Below, one piece after another: positions 1 to 7,433 of a DNA stretch of 32,000 nt. Origin of the DNA: Cylindrospermopsis raciborskii Cr2010 (GTDB lineage Bacteria > Cyanobacteriota > Cyanobacteriia > Cyanobacteriales > Nostocaceae); the NCBI RefSeq assembly GCF_003367075.2, contig NZ_CP065936.1, positions 3,480,001 to 3,512,000 on the forward strand, given 5' to 3'. A program made the translations under genes and the position numbers. The notes under the pieces were generated by a model that had not been told where the DNA came from, searched no databases, and was given only the letters and a program-made list of their open reading frames with translations. The number at the start of each line of letters is the position of its first letter. Position 1 is the stretch's first letter.

Positions 1-332
1 ATGACACGACCTGGATCCCCAACGGTTTGGAGCATTTCAGCCTTTACCCCCCTACTAATAGCAGTTTCCATTAGGGATTGGATCCATTTTAGTCGTTCTT
101 GCTTATGTTCATCCCAGGCCTGCATATACTTGTTCATAGTTTCTCCATACAGGGAGGGGTAGATAGTTTCCGGTTGAAGAAATATGGGGTTGAGGTAGGG
201 ATCTTCTAGGGGAGACAGAACATGAAGTAGCATGATTTCAGAACTGCTCACTTGAGCCAAAAATAGAGCTTGCTCAAATATATTTTGGCTTTGATCCGGA
301 TTTTCTAAAGCAACTAAAATTTTATGCAACAT
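1..332 (-). CDS. Universal stress protein (UspA family), N-terminal ~110 codons only; the gene runs off the left edge
   Basis: Not in the ORF track. Manual minus-strand translation from ATG at 332-330 gives MLHKILVALENPDQSQNIFEQALFLAQVSSSEIMLLHVLSPLEDPYLNPIFLQPETIYPSLYGETMNKYMQAWDEHKQERLKWIQSLMETAISRGVKAEMLQTVGDPGRV, open to position 3. AAGGAG (341-346 on plus as ctcctt) lies 8 nt upstream of the ATG. The pattern (KILVA...ML.HV......GDPG..I) parallels the USP at 7434-7925. Confidence 0.8.
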   Translation of the reverse strand, partial: MLHKILVALENPDQSQNIFEQALFLAQVSSSEIMLLHVLSPLEDPYLNPIFLQPETIYPSLYGETMNKYMQAWDEHKQERLKWIQSLMETAISRGVKAEMLQTVGDPGRV

Positions 333-435
333 AGTAATTACTCCTTGGGATAGATCTAAAATCTACACTCCCTGTGGTTTTTATGTGAGAAGGTTAGAGA
401 TATATTAGCCATACTAATCATTTTTGAGGGAAACA

Positions 436-454
436 ACAACTTTCCACAACTTTC
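436..454. repeat. Direct repeat ACAACTTTC x2 with 10-bp period in the divergent usp/PRTase intergenic region (candidate regulator site)
   Basis: acaactttc at 436-444 and again at 446-454, read directly. Spacing is one helical turn. Function not established. Confidence 0.4.
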
Positions 455-486
455 AAGGGTGGGAAATTGTCAGACCCACATAGACT

Positions 487-511
487 CCCAGATATACCCC
501 CCAGATATACC
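487..511. repeat. Direct repeat CCCAGATATACC x2 with 13-bp period immediately upstream of the PRTase start
   Basis: cccagatatacc at 487-498 and 500-511, read directly. It lies 16-40 nt upstream of the likely start codon. Function not established. Confidence 0.4.
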
Positions 512-532
512 TAGTAGTAGGAGTTGATGCTG

Positions 533-1168
533 ATGAAATTTCATAATCGTATTCAAGCTGGAAAGATGTTAGGGGAAAGTCTAATAGATTACGCCAACCA
601 CGAAAATCTACTAGTATTAGCACTACCCCGTGGTGGTGTGCCCGTAGGTTGGGAAATTGCCAAAGCTGTGAATGCTCCCCTAGATGTTTGTATCGTCAGA
701 AAGATTGGTGTGCCCGGACAAAAAGAATTAGCTATGGGTGCTATTGGTGCTGGGGGGGTTAGGGTATTCAATCATGATATAATTGCTACCTTGGGGATAG
801 ATAGAGATGTGATTGAAAAGGTTGTATCTCAGGAGTTGGAAGAGCTAAAGCGACGGGAACAAACATATCGAAGAAATGCTCCACCAATTAAGGTTGAAAA
901 CAAAACAGTCATTTTAGTAGATGATGGTATTGCTACCGGTGCGAATATAAGAGCAGCTATTGCTGTTCTCAAACAGCAAAAGCCCAGCAAAATTGTGGTA
1001 GCAATTCCTGTAGCATCAGCAAGTACCTATAGGGAATTGGAGTCGGAGGTAGATGAGGTAGTGTGTTTACAGACTCCTGAGTTTTTTTCAGCAATTGGAT
1101 TGTGGTATGAGGATTTTTCTCAAACTAGTGACCAGGAAGTTTGTGAAATTTTAGGCTATTATATTTAG
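533..1168 (+). CDS. Putative phosphoribosyltransferase (type I PRTase fold, COG1926-like)
   Basis: Track ORF is 524-1168. The PRPP-binding loop pattern VILVDDGIATGAN and N-terminal LVLALPRGGVPVG are typical of the predicted-PRTase family. The track begins at TTG 524. In-frame ATGs sit at 527 and 533. AGGAG at 519-523 favours 533 (9-nt spacing). The start is uncertain by up to 9 nt. Confidence 0.8.
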   Translation: MKFHNRIQAGKMLGESLIDYANHENLLVLALPRGGVPVGWEIAKAVNAPLDVCIVRKIGVPGQKELAMGAIGAGGVRVFNHDIIATLGIDRDVIEKVVSQELEELKRREQTYRRNAPPIKVENKTVILVDDGIATGANIRAAIAVLKQQKPSKIVVAIPVASASTYRELESEVDEVVCLQTPEFFSAIGLWYEDFSQTSDQEVCEILGYYI

Positions 1169-1209
1169 ATTAAGTGGGTGAGTGGAATTAAATATTAAGA
1201 TCAACGTAG

Positions 1210-1234
1210 GTTGGGTTGAAGTATGAAACCCAAC
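1210..1234. terminator. 8-bp stem-loop between convergent genes (weak candidate bidirectional terminator)
   Basis: gttgggtt (1210-1217), 9-nt loop, aacccaac (1227-1234). Lies between the PRTase stop (1168) and the Uma2 stop (1280). No U-tract on either strand, so termination is only a guess. Confidence 0.3.
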
Positions 1235-1279
1235 ACCCCCATGGGTTAATCCATTCTACAAATAATTGTACCTCCCTAC

Positions 1280-1846
1280 TTAATGAAAGTTGACATCTTC
1301 ATAAAGTTCAGTCATTTTTGCCTGGAATTGAATAGTAGGGAAGAAAAATGATGTTTCTTCACCTGTATAGTATTGTAAAGTCCAAAGTCCTTGATCATTC
1401 CTGCGGAAACACTCAACTCGCGGTTTTTTAGGACTAATTAAAATGTATTCTTGTAAAGTGGGTAAAGTTTGATAGTCGGCAAATTTGTCACCTCTATCAA
1501 ATAATTCCGTAGAGTCAGATAAAACTTCAATAATTAAACATGGGAATCTTTTATAAGCTGCTGTTTCTTGGTCACGAGAATCGCAAGTCACCATAATATC
1601 AGGATAGTAAAATCTGTTTAACGATTCGATTCTAGCTTTCATATCCGTAATATATACTCGACAACCAGAACCCCTAAGATGATTACGCAGCAGAATGAAT
1701 ATATTTCCAGCTATGGTTACATGAACATCCAGGGCACCGGCCATAACGTAAATATTTCCATTAATATACTCATGTTTAACCTGACTATTTTCTTCTAGTT
1801 TTAGATATGCTTCTGGAGTAATATAAGTGTTACGATTAGCAATCAT
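1280..1846 (-). CDS. Uma2 family (DUF820) PD-(D/E)XK-fold putative endonuclease, copy A
   Basis: 188-aa ORF. Family-typical pattern: YLKLEE....HEYI.G.I..MAG....H..I..N....L.NHL, then YPDIMV, IIEVLS and D...K.. acidic/lysine core. GGGGAG about 9 nt upstream of the ATG. Confidence 0.85.
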   Translation of the reverse strand: MIANRNTYITPEAYLKLEENSQVKHEYINGNIYVMAGALDVHVTIAGNIFILLRNHLRGSGCRVYITDMKARIESLNRFYYPDIMVTCDSRDQETAAYKRFPCLIIEVLSDSTELFDRGDKFADYQTLPTLQEYILISPKKPRVECFRRNDQGLWTLQYYTGEETSFFFPTIQFQAKMTELYEDVNFH

Positions 1847-1882
1847 AATTAATAGCTCCCCTAATTATAGTTTTTTATAGTT

Positions 1883-2449
1883 TTACTGAAAGTTGACATC
1901 TTCATAAAGTTCAGTCATTTTTGCCTGGAATTGAATAGTAGGGAAGAAAAATGATGTTTCTTCACCTGTATAGTATTGTAAAGTCCAAAGTCCTTGATCA
2001 TTCCTGCGGAAACACTCAACTCGCGGTTTTTTAGGACTAATTAAAATGTATTCTTGTAAAGTGGGTAAAGTTTGATAGTCGGCAAATTTGTCACCTCTAT
2101 CAAATAATTCCGTAGAGTCAGATAAAACTTCAATAATTAAACATGGGAATCTTTTATAAGCTGCTGTTTCTTGGTCACGAGAATCGCAAGTCACCATAAT
2201 ATCAGGATAGTAAAATCTGTTTAACGATTCGATTCTAGCTTTCATATCCGTAATATATACTCGACAACCAGAACCCCTAAGATGATTTCGAAGAATAGAT
2301 GCAAGATTAAGAGCAATGGTAACATGAACATCTAGGGCACCCGCCATGGCGTAAATGTTTCCATTAATATACTCATGTTTAACCTGACTATGTTCTTCTA
2401 GTTTTAGATATGCTTCTGGAGTAGTATAAGTGTTACGATTAGCAATCAT
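1883..2449 (-). CDS. Uma2 family (DUF820) PD-(D/E)XK-fold putative endonuclease, copy B
   Basis: 188-aa ORF. Identical to copy A from residue 53 to 187. Differs at residues 9, 19, 34, 47, 49-52 and the last residue. Confidence 0.85.
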   Translation of the reverse strand: MIANRNTYTTPEAYLKLEEHSQVKHEYINGNIYAMAGALDVHVTIALNLASILRNHLRGSGCRVYITDMKARIESLNRFYYPDIMVTCDSRDQETAAYKRFPCLIIEVLSDSTELFDRGDKFADYQTLPTLQEYILISPKKPRVECFRRNDQGLWTLQYYTGEETSFFFPTIQFQAKMTELYEDVNFQ

Positions 2450-2481
2450 ACTTAATAGTCCCCATTAGTAGTCCTCACAAT

Positions 2482-2877
2482 TCATTTCGTCTTGTTACAT
2501 TCCAAATTCCAGTCTAACTCCGCTGCAACTTGGTGAGCTAATTCTAAAGGATTAAAGGGTTTAGCGATCGCACTTTTAATACCTAACTGGGAATAACGAC
2601 GACGATCAGCAGCTTGGATTTTTGCGGTTAACAAAATGACCGGAATTGTTTGGGTTGCTGGATTGGCTTGTAATTTTTTAAAAGCAGATAATCCGTCCAT
2701 ATCAGGCATCATCACATCTAATAGAATTGCATCTGGTTGATGATTCTCAGCTTGCAAGATTCCCTCCTTACCCGAACTAGCTGTTAGCACCTCCCAACCT
2801 GCAACGGTTTCTAAACAAATCTTAGCCACTTCTTGAATATACTGCTCATTATCAACCACTAAGATGCGCCTTTTCAT
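2482..2877 (-). CDS. Single-domain response regulator (CheY-like receiver only)
   Basis: 131 aa. ILVVDNE acidic pocket, phosphoacceptor in AILLDVMMPDMDG, LLTA, AKP lysine. No output domain. Starts 20 nt after the upstream kinase stop. Confidence 0.9.
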   Translation of the reverse strand: MKRRILVVDNEQYIQEVAKICLETVAGWEVLTASSGKEGILQAENHQPDAILLDVMMPDMDGLSAFKKLQANPATQTIPVILLTAKIQAADRRRYSQLGIKSAIAKPFNPLELAHQVAAELDWNLECNKTK

Positions 2878-2897
2878 AATCTATGACCTAACCCTGG

Positions 2898-5800
2898 TTA
2901 TTGCTTAGTTGTAATTCTCTGTAACAGGTCCATAACTCTTTGCTCAAACTCCTGAGTGGTGACCCTCCCCTTGGTAAAAAACTCCGTATGTCCCAATTTT
3001 AACCGATGACGTTCTGAATCGTCCAGGTCTTTTGCAGAATAGACAACCACGGGGACACTAAACAGTTGATCATGTTGTTTCAACCAATCAACAACCGTAA
3101 AACCATCAGCTTCCGGGAGGATCAAATCCAGAATTAGTAGGTCAGGATTAACCTTTTGACTCAGATGAATTGCTTCCCTACCAGTTTTGGCAATGAAGGT
3201 TTCAATGTCATGTCTACCGAACAAGGTTGCCAAAAGATCTGCGAGGTCATGATCATCTTCAATAATTAATATCTTCAGCTTTCTTGAGGGTTCAAATACA
3301 ACTTTCCTTAAAGAGTTGAACAGGTCAGTTTCTTCCACTGGTTTACTTAACCAATCAGCAAACTTGACACCTTCTGAATTACTATCTTGTTGATAGTTGG
3401 AATTATTTTGACTCGATTTATAAACACTACAAATGACAATTGGTATATCTTTAGTGTCCGAACACTTTTTCAATCCAGCCATGGTTTCCCAACCATTCAT
3501 TCCTGGCATAACTAAATCTAGTAAAATCACATCTGGATGTTGAATAACTGCTTGAGCGATCGCCTGGTCACCACTAGCTACTGTAAGTACCCGATATCCC
3601 CCTTGTAGTAGGAGATTTTCTAATTCCTGGCGAGTGATTGGATCATCATCACAAACCAACACTAAAGGAGAATTAGCATCAGTAATTAGGGATGTTTCAT
3701 AGTCTGATTGATCGGTGACCAACCCCTGTAAATTAGCTCTATCATAAACAGTTAAAATTGGCAAAGTAAAATAAAAACTGCTACCTTCGTCCAAGATACT
3801 TTTGACCCAAATCTTGCCACCATGTTGCTGAACAATACTCTTACAAATTGCCAGACCCAAGCCAGTACCATCATGATTGCGAGAATCAGAAGAGTCCACC
3901 TGTTGAAACCGCTCAAAAATACTCTCTAATTTATCTTCTGGTATACCTCTTCCAGTATCTTGCACAGTTACCAACACCTGGTCTTTTTGTAATTCGGTCA
4001 TCAAATAAACCGTGGATCCTGGTTCTGAAAACTTAATGGCATTACTGAATAAATTAGTTAAAGTTTGAATTATCCGATCTGGATCTGCCCATAATTGAAT
4101 AGATGAACCATTAGAGTTATGAATAGATAAAGTCACACCTGCTTTATCCGCTAAAGGTTGCATGATATTGATAGCTGAGTTGATCAAATCTCGCAAATCA
4201 CAATTTTCCCGTTCCATTTTGACCTTACCCGACTCAATGCGTTCAATATCCAGAATATCATTAATTAATCTAACTAATCGCTTCGTACTATCGGTGGCAA
4301 TTTGCAGCAAACGTTTACCTTGTTCTGAAGTACTAGAGAGTAACCCACTGGTCAACATTCCTAAAGAACCATGAATGGATGTCAAAGGAGTCCGCAACTC
4401 ATGACTAACAACAGAGACAAATTCATCCTTCATTTTTTCCACTTGCTTGCGCTCAGTTATATCTCGCAAGATGACGGTGTACACAGATTCTTGATCAAGA
4501 TCTAATTTAGAAATTGAAGCTTCTGCAGGAAATTCTGACCCATCTTTACGACAACCAAATATTTCTTGTCTTTCTCCCATTCTGCGAGCATGAGCAGAAG
4601 ATTTGCCAAATTTATATACGTGATTACGATGTTCCTGAGCAAAGCGTGTGGGTAATAATAAATCTAGTTTTTGTCCTAAAACTTCCCCAGCAGAATAACC
4701 AAAAATTTTTTCTGCACCTTGATTAAATAAGGTAATCTGTTGATTACTATCAATGGAAATAATTGCATCATCGGCAATACTTAAAATGGCTTCAAACCGA
4801 TTTTCTGAAATCCTCAAAGCGTCTTGAGTACGTTTTTGTTCATCCAGTTGTGATTGCAATTGGCGATTGACATTAATTAACTCAGCTGTACGTTCATTAA
4901 CCCTCAGTTCTAGTTCATCTTTAGTTTTGTGCAATGCTAATTCTGTCTGCTTACGTCTGGTAATATCACGGGCGACAATTTGTGCTGCTGGTTGATTTTG
5001 GTAGTTGAGAAATGCACCAACCATTTCTACGTAAATTATTTTCCCATCCGCTTGTAAAAATTTAACTTCATGCAAGGGAATCAATGTTTGACTTGTTTTC
5101 AGAGATTTGAGATTTTCTTCAATTTCTTCCCTGTGTTGTGGATGGACAAATTCTAGAAATTTCTTACCTAATAGTTCCTCTACTGAATTAACTCGCAGTA
5201 GTCTCACTGCAGCACTGTTAACGAAAACTAAGTCATCTTGACTAACAATGAGAATTGCCTCTGGATAAACTTCTACTAAGTTATGATAGGTTTCAACAAT
5301 AAATTTGTTATTCTCGTTAATTTGATTGGTCTTTTCATATCGATTACACTCCATAATTTTCAGCAATCTCACTCTTTCCAAGCGATTCAGAATACGATTG
5401 ACTAGCTCGGACACAATAATTGGTTTATTAACAAAATCATCAGCTCCTACACTAAATACCTGATTGACAATTTCTGCATCGCTATGAACTGTCAAAAACA
5501 AAATCGGTACTTCCCTACCTTGATCATGATTGCGAATCATTTTACATAATTCAATACCGCTCATACTAGGCATTTCAATGTCTAATATTAACATGTCAGG
5601 CTGAATTTTTTCCCAAGTTTCCCAAAACTTTCCAGGATGATTAAGGGTAATTATTTCTAGTCCCCAAGGAGTCAACAGTAACTGTAATAAATCTAAAGTT
5701 TTTAAATCATCATCTACCACTAATATTTTAGTTTTGTTCACTGTTGGTGTGATTTCATTATCGATGTTTCTTTCAGGGAATAATTCCGGTTGTTTTTGAC

Positions 5801-6902
5801 TATTATCAGGAGCGGTAATTTGCTGATTTTTCTTATCAATTTCTCGCCTTAGTGATTTGACCCAACTTTGTAATTTAGGTTGTAGATTAATCATTTCTGC
5901 TACTGTTAAATTAGCAGAAGATTGGAAGAAATTCTCAATTTTTTTTGCCAATTCTGAAGCATAAGGTAAGCCAAATGTACCCAGAGAACCCGCTAAAGTG
6001 TGTGCTTCTCTAGTTGCTCGTATTAATAGCTCTAAATTAAAAGTTCCTTGGGTACGGGCAATATTTTGTGCAGCTGTTTCTATAAGGGAAATTTGCTCTT
6101 CTATCCTACCGCGAAATCGTTGCCAAATTTCTTCAAGTTTCTCAATTGTCCGCTCATTTTTTGATTGATGATTTAATTCATGGTTGGATCTACTTTCTTT
6201 TAGTTCCTCATGGTGATTATGGTCATTTTCTTGTGGCTTTAGACGATATCCAATACCATAAACTGTTTCTACTAAATCATGAGGTGCGCCCACTGCTTTT
6301 AACTTCATTCTTAAACCCTTAATATGAGTCCGCACAGCGTCTTCCCCCGGTGTGTCTTCATAAGACCAAAGATGATCTAAAATCATTCCACAGCTAAATA
6401 CTCGACGATTATTTCGCATCAGAAGTTCTAGTAGAGCATATTCTTTTGGGGTGAGTGAAAGTTGGTCTTGTTGATATGTAACTTCACAACTACTAGGGTC
6501 TAATCGCAAACCTCTCCACTCTAATACAGGCTGGGAATTAACACCGCCACGTCTTAATAATGCTCTTACACGAGCTACCAATTCTTCTTCATCACAGGGT
6601 TTGACTACATAATCATCCGCACCAGCATCTAAACCAATAGCTTTATCGTGAGAACTATCACGCCCTGTCAATAATAAAATTGGCACTCGCCGACCACTAG
6701 AACGAATTTTTTTACATAAGCTAATTCCATCGAGTTTTGGTAAAACAATGTCTAGTAGTATCAGGTCATACTCATAAGTTTCTACTAAATCCCAAGCAGT
6801 CTTACCATCATTTGCTAATTCTACAGCATAATTCTGTTCTGTGAGAAAATTAGTCAGGGTATATGCAATTAGTTCATCATCCTCAACTACTAAAATCTTC
6901 AT
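2898..6902 (-). CDS. Hybrid sensor histidine kinase fused to an OmpR-type DNA-binding response regulator (REC-wHTH-HPt-REC-PAS-PAS-HisKA-HATPase-REC-REC)
   Basis: 1334-aa ORF with GGAGG 8 nt upstream of ATG 6902. Domains read from the translation (aa): REC1 2-117 (D8 D9, D51, T79, K101). Winged helix 128-222 (LTPKEYALLELL ... VYGIGYRL). His-rich linker 223-248. HPt-like 255-350 (REAH301TLAGSLGTFG). REC2 391-508 (D441). PAS about 535-650. Coiled coil 650-700. PAS about 700-818. HisKA 822-890 (SH834ELRTPL). HATPase_c 935-1048 (NLFSNAIKF, DTGRGI, GTGLGL). REC3 1079-1195 (D1129). REC4 1209-1330 (D1259). No hydrophobic transmembrane stretch seen. Confidence 0.9.
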   Translation of the reverse strand: MKILVVEDDELIAYTLTNFLTEQNYAVELANDGKTAWDLVETYEYDLILLDIVLPKLDGISLCKKIRSSGRRVPILLLTGRDSSHDKAIGLDAGADDYVVKPCDEEELVARVRALLRRGGVNSQPVLEWRGLRLDPSSCEVTYQQDQLSLTPKEYALLELLMRNNRRVFSCGMILDHLWSYEDTPGEDAVRTHIKGLRMKLKAVGAPHDLVETVYGIGYRLKPQENDHNHHEELKESRSNHELNHQSKNERTIEKLEEIWQRFRGRIEEQISLIETAAQNIARTQGTFNLELLIRATREAHTLAGSLGTFGLPYASELAKKIENFFQSSANLTVAEMINLQPKLQSWVKSLRREIDKKNQQITAPDNSQKQPELFPERNIDNEITPTVNKTKILVVDDDLKTLDLLQLLLTPWGLEIITLNHPGKFWETWEKIQPDMLILDIEMPSMSGIELCKMIRNHDQGREVPILFLTVHSDAEIVNQVFSVGADDFVNKPIIVSELVNRILNRLERVRLLKIMECNRYEKTNQINENNKFIVETYHNLVEVYPEAILIVSQDDLVFVNSAAVRLLRVNSVEELLGKKFLEFVHPQHREEIEENLKSLKTSQTLIPLHEVKFLQADGKIIYVEMVGAFLNYQNQPAAQIVARDITRRKQTELALHKTKDELELRVNERTAELINVNRQLQSQLDEQKRTQDALRISENRFEAILSIADDAIISIDSNQQITLFNQGAEKIFGYSAGEVLGQKLDLLLPTRFAQEHRNHVYKFGKSSAHARRMGERQEIFGCRKDGSEFPAEASISKLDLDQESVYTVILRDITERKQVEKMKDEFVSVVSHELRTPLTSIHGSLGMLTSGLLSSTSEQGKRLLQIATDSTKRLVRLINDILDIERIESGKVKMERENCDLRDLINSAINIMQPLADKAGVTLSIHNSNGSSIQLWADPDRIIQTLTNLFSNAIKFSEPGSTVYLMTELQKDQVLVTVQDTGRGIPEDKLESIFERFQQVDSSDSRNHDGTGLGLAICKSIVQQHGGKIWVKSILDEGSSFYFTLPILTVYDRANLQGLVTDQSDYETSLITDANSPLVLVCDDDPITRQELENLLLQGGYRVLTVASGDQAIAQAVIQHPDVILLDLVMPGMNGWETMAGLKKCSDTKDIPIVICSVYKSSQNNSNYQQDSNSEGVKFADWLSKPVEETDLFNSLRKVVFEPSRKLKILIIEDDHDLADLLATLFGRHDIETFIAKTGREAIHLSQKVNPDLLILDLILPEADGFTVVDWLKQHDQLFSVPVVVYSAKDLDDSERHRLKLGHTEFFTKGRVTTQEFEQRVMDLLQRITTKQ

Positions 6903-7184
6903 GTTAAAAACCTCCTTTAAACATTGTAATTAGAAATAATCAGAATAAATTTACCTACGACAGAGTTAATAGTCAAAATTCAGTACAAAATTTTAAGCTA
7001 TGTATAGCTATAGAGTTAAACATGTGAAAATTCTTAACTTAATTATTAAAGCTGGACAAGAAATAAAGGAAAGATATCAACTTTTAGATATAGAGCAAAC
7101 TGACTAAAAATGGGCATAATAACTAAGAAGTACAGAAAAGGTAGAATCATCACCAAATGGCTTGATCTAGGTCTTGGAACATTT

Positions 7185-7210
7185 ACAGTCATGGACAGTC
7201 ATGGATAGTT
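7185..7210. repeat. Tandem 10-bp repeat ACAGTCATGG x2 plus a degenerate third copy
   Basis: acagtcatgg at 7185-7194 and 7195-7204, then atagtt. Read directly. Confidence 0.6.
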
Positions 7211-7236
7211 AAAATGTTTATTCCCTTAACCATAAT

Positions 7237-7256
7237 TTCCTCACAAGTTCCTCACA
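7237..7256. promoter_or_regulatory. Direct repeat TTCCTCACA-N2-TTCCTCACA (11-bp period), candidate OmpR-family binding site upstream of usp-hox
   Basis: ttcctcaca at 7237-7245 and 7248-7256, 178-197 nt upstream of the usp ATG. OmpR/PhoB-type winged-helix regulators typically bind direct repeats spaced about one helical turn apart. The binding protein is not known. Confidence 0.3.
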
Positions 7257-7433
7257 TTCTTTAGCTACAACCATAAGTGTAGACCTAGATCCCAAGCTAG
7301 GAGTTAAAAATTAACGAATTGTAAAGATAAATGCTAAGAATTATAAAGGAAACCTACATCTTCTTACAAATAGGAACTGGAATAACATAAAGAGGTACTT
7401 TGTAATGGTTGATAAGTTATAAAGGAGACATCA

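Larger units (their letters stand above)
1280..2472. repeat. Tandem duplication, two 603-bp units, each one Uma2 gene plus its 5' leader
   Basis: 1284-1684 equals 1887-2287 base for base (401 bp, compared by eye). 1685-1846 versus 2288-2449 is about 85% identical. The leaders (1847-1870 versus 2450-2472) align with small indels. Confidence 0.9.
7161..7296. repeat. Inverted repeat pair flanking a 106-bp repeat-rich core in the hox control region
   Basis: gatctaggtct (7164-7174) is the perfect reverse complement of agacctagatc (7281-7291). With a 2-nt indel the match extends to cttgatctaggtct / agacctagatcccaag. Confidence 0.6.

Noticed and set aside
524-532. TTG 524 / ATG 527 as the PRTase start
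   Set aside because: AGGAG at 519-523 is too close to both. ATG 533 has normal spacing. This remains uncertain without protein-level or alignment data.
589-771. Minus-strand 60-aa ORF inside the PRTase gene
   Set aside because: It is an antisense shadow frame with a Pro/Thr/Ala-rich translation and no start context.
1685-2315. Diversity-generating retroelement as the source of the Uma2 variable patch
   Set aside because: No reverse transcriptase or template repeat is in the window, and the substitutions are not restricted to adenine positions.
1280-2472. CRISPR array or IS element interpretation of the tandem repeat
   Set aside because: The units are 603 bp and each encodes a full Uma2 ORF. 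No short repeat-spacer periodicity, transposase or terminal inverted repeats are present.
3848-4726. Plus-strand ORFs 3848-4036, 4162-4374 and 4514-4726
   Set aside because: They are short, low-complexity translations lying antisense inside the well-supported kinase gene, with no ribosome-binding sites.
7110-7208. 32-codon ORF MGIITKKYRKGRIITKWLDLGLGTFTVMDSHG in the hox control region
   Set aside because: It has no Shine-Dalgarno-like sequence upstream and runs through the tandem repeats. It cannot be supported from sequence alone, though a small basic peptide is not excluded.
7161-7296. Firm call of a MITE for the segment bounded by the inverted repeat
   Set aside because: No target-site duplication is evident (flanks ggctt / ccaag), and copy number cannot be assessed from one window. 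It is kept only as one of several interpretations.
6903-7433. LexA box (RGTACNNNDGTWCB as recalled for Nostocales) upstream of hox
   Set aside because: I checked the three GTAC sites (6982, 7131, 7395) on both strands. None has the second half-site. Absence by eye does not exclude a degenerate site.
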